Assembly: GCA_029838215.1 (NCBI GenBank)
Contig: JALGVI010000095.1
Location: 1-11,824, forward strand
Source of the DNA: Candidatus Helarchaeota archaeon
GTDB lineage: Archaea > Asgardarchaeota > Lokiarchaeia > Helarchaeales > RDOG01
DNA: 11,824 bases
Reading direction: 5' to 3'
The position numbers and the translations under genes are program-made. Shown in pieces: positions 8,087 through 11,824 of this stretch. Position 1 is the first letter of the stretch, and every line of letters starts with the position of its first letter. The notes beneath the pieces were generated by a model. It had not been told where the DNA came from. It worked only from the letters and a program-made list of their open reading frames with translations, and made no database searches.

Positions 8087-9340
8087 TTAGCCTTTCCATT
8101 TTGACTTTTCTTTCCAATTATTGGGTACTGGACCTTCTATTGGTATCTGTGGCATTGGATATTCCATCTTTTTAAATGCCTTGAATAATTTAGTAAACGC
8201 AGATCGAATTAAAAAGCCCATTCGTTTCCTTAATGGTTTTTTCATTTTATCTCCAAATGCAATTAAAAGATCATCCATACCATATTGCCATTTATGTCGA
8301 AGATGCATGATTCTTGTGAGTGAAAGTCCTATAAAACAGCCAGGGCAATTAACTATCCCTCTTCTTATTCCTGCATTTTTAAGTTCTTTATATTTGATTT
8401 TTTGACCTCCTAAAATGCTCCTTATTAATTTTTCAGGTCTCGCAGTCGCACTTGCAACACCACATGAAAAATTTTTGTCTCCATGATGTTCAAGCTCAAC
8501 GATTTCTACACCTGCAACCTCATAGATTTTTCTCAAATTTGATTGAAATTCCGGTCCCAATTCACTTACATAACAAGATTCCGAAATAGCTGCCTTATAA
8601 TTAAGTGGATTCTTAACTTCTAATTCTCCTTTTTCATATTTTTCTAATAGCCATTCATATAAAGAAATTAGTTTAAATGATAGTTTTTTACCATATACAT
8701 CCGGTAGAATCTTAGATAAATAATTATAACAAGATCCGCAATAACAAACCATTCTTTCAATATCTAATTCCTCAAATCTTTTCAAAGTTCTTTCTATTGT
8801 TTCAGTATAACATTGCCATCCCACTATTCGATATGCTAATTCCCCACAACAAATATCCGAAGGGCCATATTTTGGTAAATCTTTTAGTACTTCGGAATTT
8901 TCTATATCATAACAAGATACTTTACCAATACATCCAATAAATAGCGCGTCTTTGGTTCCTGCAGGTGGTGGTTTTTCCCACTTAATTAAAATTTCTTTCT
9001 CCTCTTTTTTTAATCTCGCATACATGTCCTGCATAATAGATCCTGTAGGCATGTTATTGATCAAATATGTCATGAAATAAGGAATTTTTCCATTTCTTTT
9101 TTCAATTAATCTTTGCAAAATAAGTTCATGAGGTCGTAATCCTTCAGGACAGAATTGATTACAGTCAAAACAAGCCGCACACTTTTTAAAAACTAATTCT
9201 GCAGGTTCTCCAGCAAGTAAATGTTTAATTTCAGAAACTGCATCTTCCTTATCTAATTCCAAATAAGGACATTTCATTAAACATTCTCCACATTGAGTAC
9301 ATTTACTCCAATCACAACAATCCATGTAAGATTTATTCAT
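8087..9340 (-). CDS. HdrD/GlpC/GlcF-like Fe-S oxidoreductase (2x[4Fe-4S] + CCG domain + variant SCG domain)
   Basis: CTQCGECLMKCP and CAACFDCNQFCP; C-x26-CC-x35-CGSC; second domain ESC...SCG...CPGC. AAGGAG lies upstream of the start. Confidence 0.9.
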   Translation of the reverse strand: MNKSYMDCCDWSKCTQCGECLMKCPYLELDKEDAVSEIKHLLAGEPAELVFKKCAACFDCNQFCPEGLRPHELILQRLIEKRNGKIPYFMTYLINNMPTGSIMQDMYARLKKEEKEILIKWEKPPPAGTKDALFIGCIGKVSCYDIENSEVLKDLPKYGPSDICCGELAYRIVGWQCYTETIERTLKRFEELDIERMVCYCGSCYNYLSKILPDVYGKKLSFKLISLYEWLLEKYEKGELEVKNPLNYKAAISESCYVSELGPEFQSNLRKIYEVAGVEIVELEHHGDKNFSCGVASATARPEKLIRSILGGQKIKYKELKNAGIRRGIVNCPGCFIGLSLTRIMHLRHKWQYGMDDLLIAFGDKMKKPLRKRMGFLIRSAFTKLFKAFKKMEYPMPQIPIEGPVPNNWKEKSKWKG

Positions 9341-9414
9341 TTCTTTTCATCTCCTTTTTTTAATTCATTTTTTTTTCCCTTAAATTGATTTTTTTTATCA
9401 TGAATGAATTTTAA

Positions 9415-9570
9415 ATCCTTCTTTGAATAATCTCAAAAAACGCAATTTTGAAGGCAAATCTCACATCCCGTGCATTTTTCATTTAATTTCCTCAAAGCAG
9501 GTATTATTTTTTTCTTTTCTTCTTTAATATTATAATCTGAAATTTGAAATGGTTTCACTCTCCCAACCAT
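9415..9570 (-). pseudogene. Relic of a third HdrD-like gene (N-terminus only, in-frame TGA at 9433-9435)
   Basis: Hand translation MVGRVKPFQISDYNIKEEKKKIIPALRKLNEKCTGCEICLQNCVF*DYSKKD. It aligns without gaps to YDVKKEKKKFIPAIRKAIEPCTACGLCIKNCVFHKYTIKD of 5349..6893 (23/40 identical by hand count), and the similarity continues past the stop. Confidence 0.8.
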
Positions 9571-9689
9571 TCAATCTTCAAAAACGGTTTAGTGCTCTCA
9601 ATAATTTAAAATTATCCTTTTAAAGATTTTAGTCGGATTTTTTCTTATTTTATTGTTTCTTATTACAAAAACCTTCATTTTATTAAAAA

Positions 9690-9740
9690 AAATGAGCTTT
9701 TTGTTACGAAATATGTTAGAAAATATGTTATAAATGAGCT
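9690..9740. repeat. Short direct-repeat array, candidate operator
   Basis: TGTTA at 9702, 9714 and 9726 (12-bp period; AAATATGTTA twice), flanked by AAATGAGCT at 9690-9698 and 9732-9740. TTTATAA on the minus strand at 9728-9734. Confidence 0.55.
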
Positions 9741-9775
9741 AGTGAGAATATTGACAATAACTTTACTTTTTTACA

Positions 9776-10225
9776 CTACTCTTTAATTTTTTGACTTTTA
9801 AAATCGCTTTCCATCAAGAAATAGATTAAATACAGTGCTAATTCAATAAGACCATTTCCTTTATCACTTAATTCATAAAAAACGGTTGGAGGTCTCGTAT
9901 CTTGCATTATTCGATTAATTAACCCTAAATCTTGAAGAAATTTTAGACTATCTGATAAAGTTCGAGAAGAAATGGTTTTTAAGTGCCTCTTCAAATCATT
10001 GAATTTTAATCCTTTATTAGTAGTTAATTCCCATAATATCTCCAAATACCACTTTCGAGTCATATGCCTTAAAACATTTGAAAAGAATTCAATTTCTTCG
10101 AATTTTTTTTCATCATCATGATTAATGTCCGCAATGTGGTTATCTAAGAGAAATCTCATGTTTTTTCTTGCATTCTTAATAATATCTTTAATTGACTCAA
10201 GATTATCTGATTTAAATAATTCCAT
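9776..10225 (-). CDS. HxlR/DUF24-family winged-helix transcriptional regulator
   Basis: KWYLEILWEL...LKFNDLKRHLKTISSRTLSDSLKFL...RPPTVFYELSDKG is the characteristic HxlR-family core. It carries a roughly 45-residue N-terminal extension. Confidence 0.9.
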   Translation of the reverse strand: MELFKSDNLESIKDIIKNARKNMRFLLDNHIADINHDDEKKFEEIEFFSNVLRHMTRKWYLEILWELTTNKGLKFNDLKRHLKTISSRTLSDSLKFLQDLGLINRIMQDTRPPTVFYELSDKGNGLIELALYLIYFLMESDFKSQKIKE

Positions 10226-10450
10226 GTCATAAAATAAATTTGATTCATTTTTAACTGTTATTTAATAAAATAGAGATTTTTTCAATTCCTTGGATTTTTC
10301 GAAAATCAAAGAGACCTTATAGTTCATTCGACATTATTCCTCACGCATTGAAGGGTTAATAATCTTTCCATTCATTTTCTGGAGGGGCAATTTCAAATTT
10401 GTCCGAGATCCCTCAAGGAACCTTGTTTCTTTTATTCTTTGATTGAAAAG

Positions 10451-10479
10451 CACGCTTTCCTCACGTCCATTCACGTGAA
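10451..10479. promoter_or_regulatory. Phased CACG repeats ending in a 10-bp palindrome, candidate regulator site
   Basis: CACG at 10451, 10462 and 10472 (11/10-bp spacing); TTCACGTGAA palindrome at 10470-10479. It sits in the divergent region between the HxlR-family gene and the ThDP enzyme. Confidence 0.35.
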
Positions 10480-10557
10480 AGCATTCAAATACCGATAAAA
10501 TAAAATAAATTAAAAGATTTTATCCGATCAGGTTAAATTTAAGGTTTTTATATGTTA

Positions 10558-10565
10558 TTTATAAA
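10558..10565 (+). promoter_or_regulatory. Candidate TATA box upstream of the ThDP enzyme
   Basis: TTTATAAA about 65 nt before the ATG, with RBS-like AGGTGA at 10622-10627. The region is AT-rich, so other boxes (for example TTATATG at 10599) are possible. Confidence 0.4.
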
Positions 10566-10631
10566 CATTTTGAATTGTTCTATTACTGATATTTTAACTT
10601 ATATGAGAAATTTAATAAAATAGGTGATTTA

Positions 10632-11824
10632 ATGGCAGAAAAAAAGGTCTATAATGGTGGAGACGTTTTGATCAAGGCTCTTTTGGCAGAAAACGTGCGG
10701 TATTTATTCGGCGTGCCCGGTGGTCAAATCCTTAACATGTATGACGCAATATACAAATGGGGGCGAGAAGAAGGCATTGATACCATAATGTTTCGCCACG
10801 AACAAGGTGCTGCACATGCTGCTGACGCATGGGGGCGTGTTACAGGGACTCCCGGCGTGTGTTTTGGAACCGTTGGGCCGGGTGCATTGCATCTCGTTCC
10901 TGGTGTGGGTGCTGCATGGAGCGATAATATTCCCGTTGTTGCCATCGTGCCGCAAGTCAGTAAAGAAAAAGCGGATAGGATGACACTACAAGGCGACCTC
11001 GACCAAGTTACGATGTTCAAGCCCATTACAAAGTTCCAAAAGAGCATCGATGAGATCGAAAAAATACCTGATGCTGTTCAAAAGTGCTTCCGCGAAGCCC
11101 TATCAGGGCGCCCCAGACCCGTCTTGCTGGAAATCGCTGAAGACGCGTTTTTAGCCAAGACTGAAGACCTAAATATTGTTGAACCGAATAAGTACAGATT
11201 CACGGGAAGAATTGGAGGCGATCCCGAGCTTGTCAAGAAAGCCGTCGATCTCTTGCTGGCTGCAAAAAAGCCGCTCCTTGTCGGAGGCGGAGGCATTAAC
11301 ATGGGATTTGCTGAAAAAAAATTCACCGAATTGGCAAGCTTATTGAACTGTCCTGTTGCCACTTCCGTAATGGGCGTAGGTAGCATCCTGAATAATGACC
11401 TAAATGTCGGTGCCTCATTGACATCGTCAGGCGTGGCAAGGGCAATGACAACAGCGGATGTCATTCTGGTCATTGGTTGCAAGATCTCATACACGCTCGG
11501 ATTCGGAGACCCCCCCTTATGGAACCCCGAAGCAAAAGTGATTCAAGTCGATATAGATCCCGGAATCATCGGGAAAAGTCGTCCCGTTGACGTGGGAATC
11601 GTGGGCGACGCATCTCTCGTGATCGAGCAGATCATCAAAGAAATCGGAAATCGGAAATCAAGTGCTGACGACTCGTGGCTCAAATCCCTACAAGATGCTA
11701 AAAACGCAGCATTTCAAGCCATCACCAAGAAAGCCCTAAAAGAACGAACACCGATGAGACCCGAACGCATGATCAAGGAAGTCTTCGAATTCATGAACGA
11801 TGATGCAATATTGATAATCGATGG
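10632..11824 (+). CDS. ThDP-dependent enzyme of the acetolactate synthase / 2-hydroxyacyl-CoA lyase superfamily (3'-partial)
   Basis: Not in the ORF track because it has no stop in the window. Hand translation is open for 397 codons: MAEKKVYNGGDVLIKALLAENVRYLFGVPGGQ...RHEQGAAHAADAWGRVTG...TVGPG...ADVILVIG...IQVDIDP...ILIIDG. The catalytic Glu lies in RHEQ, and AGGTGA lies 4 nt upstream of the ATG. Confidence 0.92.
   Translation, partial: MAEKKVYNGGDVLIKALLAENVRYLFGVPGGQILNMYDAIYKWGREEGIDTIMFRHEQGAAHAADAWGRVTGTPGVCFGTVGPGALHLVPGVGAAWSDNIPVVAIVPQVSKEKADRMTLQGDLDQVTMFKPITKFQKSIDEIEKIPDAVQKCFREALSGRPRPVLLEIAEDAFLAKTEDLNIVEPNKYRFTGRIGGDPELVKKAVDLLLAAKKPLLVGGGGINMGFAEKKFTELASLLNCPVATSVMGVGSILNNDLNVGASLTSSGVARAMTTADVILVIGCKISYTLGFGDPPLWNPEAKVIQVDIDPGIIGKSRPVDVGIVGDASLVIEQIIKEIGNRKSSADDSWLKSLQDAKNAAFQAITKKALKERTPMRPERMIKEVFEFMNDDAILIID

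Noticed and set aside
9433-9435. Selenocysteine at the in-frame TGA of the relic ORF
   Set aside because: It aligns with His rather than Cys in the paralog, the downstream frame decays into an A-rich tract, and I could not recognise a SECIS-like structure. Kept only as a minor alternative.
10337-10465. MITE or IS remnant with a 9-bp target-site duplication (TTCCTCACG)
   Set aside because: No terminal inverted repeats in the 111 bp between the two copies and no transposase nearby.
10334-10474. 46-aa minus-strand GTG ORF (VNGREES...SMREE) and another-frame fragment GISDKFEIAPPENEWKDY* (10356-10412) faintly like the C-terminus of 8087..9340
   Set aside because: No RBS and no convincing motif, and the similarity covers only a few residues, so it is too weak to call a gene or relic.
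6550-11494. Track ORFs 6550..6741, 8121..8405, 10704..10955, 10724..11047 and 11078..11494
   Set aside because: Antisense shadows of the Fe-S genes and of the ThDP enzyme.
1-11824. CRISPR array, tRNA, rRNA, integrase or transposase
   Set aside because: No regularly spaced 25-40-bp repeats, cloverleaf, rRNA-like segment or recombinase motif was seen on either strand by eye.

Overview
Metabolic gene neighbourhood, most likely from an anaerobic archaeon. That origin is inferred from TATA-like boxes, hairpin-free oligo-T tracts at gene ends, a GGTGA-type ribosome-binding site and the archaeal-style korABC layout; an Asgard/Lokiarchaeia-like host is plausible but not provable here. Left part (moderate GC): end of a 2-oxoacid:ferredoxin oxidoreductase operon (alpha partial, beta, gamma), a convergent winged-helix + Cys-rich + 2x[4Fe-4S] protein, and a two-subunit family I (GctAB/CatIJ-like) CoA-transferase. 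Middle (about 5.1-10.6 kb, clearly AT-richer): a minus-strand operon of two HdrD/GlpC/GlcF-like CCG-domain Fe-S proteins flanking a second winged-helix/Fe-S paralog, preceded by a Cys-free HxlR-family regulator. Two gene relics missing from the ORF track bracket this operon: a truncated third HdrD-like N-terminus with an in-frame TGA (9433-9570) and a flavodoxin-motif stub (5204-5314). Right end: a ThDP-dependent enzyme (10632 to window end, also absent from the track) that resembles 2-hydroxyacyl-CoA lyase-type enzymes more than biosynthetic acetolactate synthase. No rRNA, tRNA, CRISPR array or transposase was seen. All family assignments come from motif recognition by eye; no database search was run.
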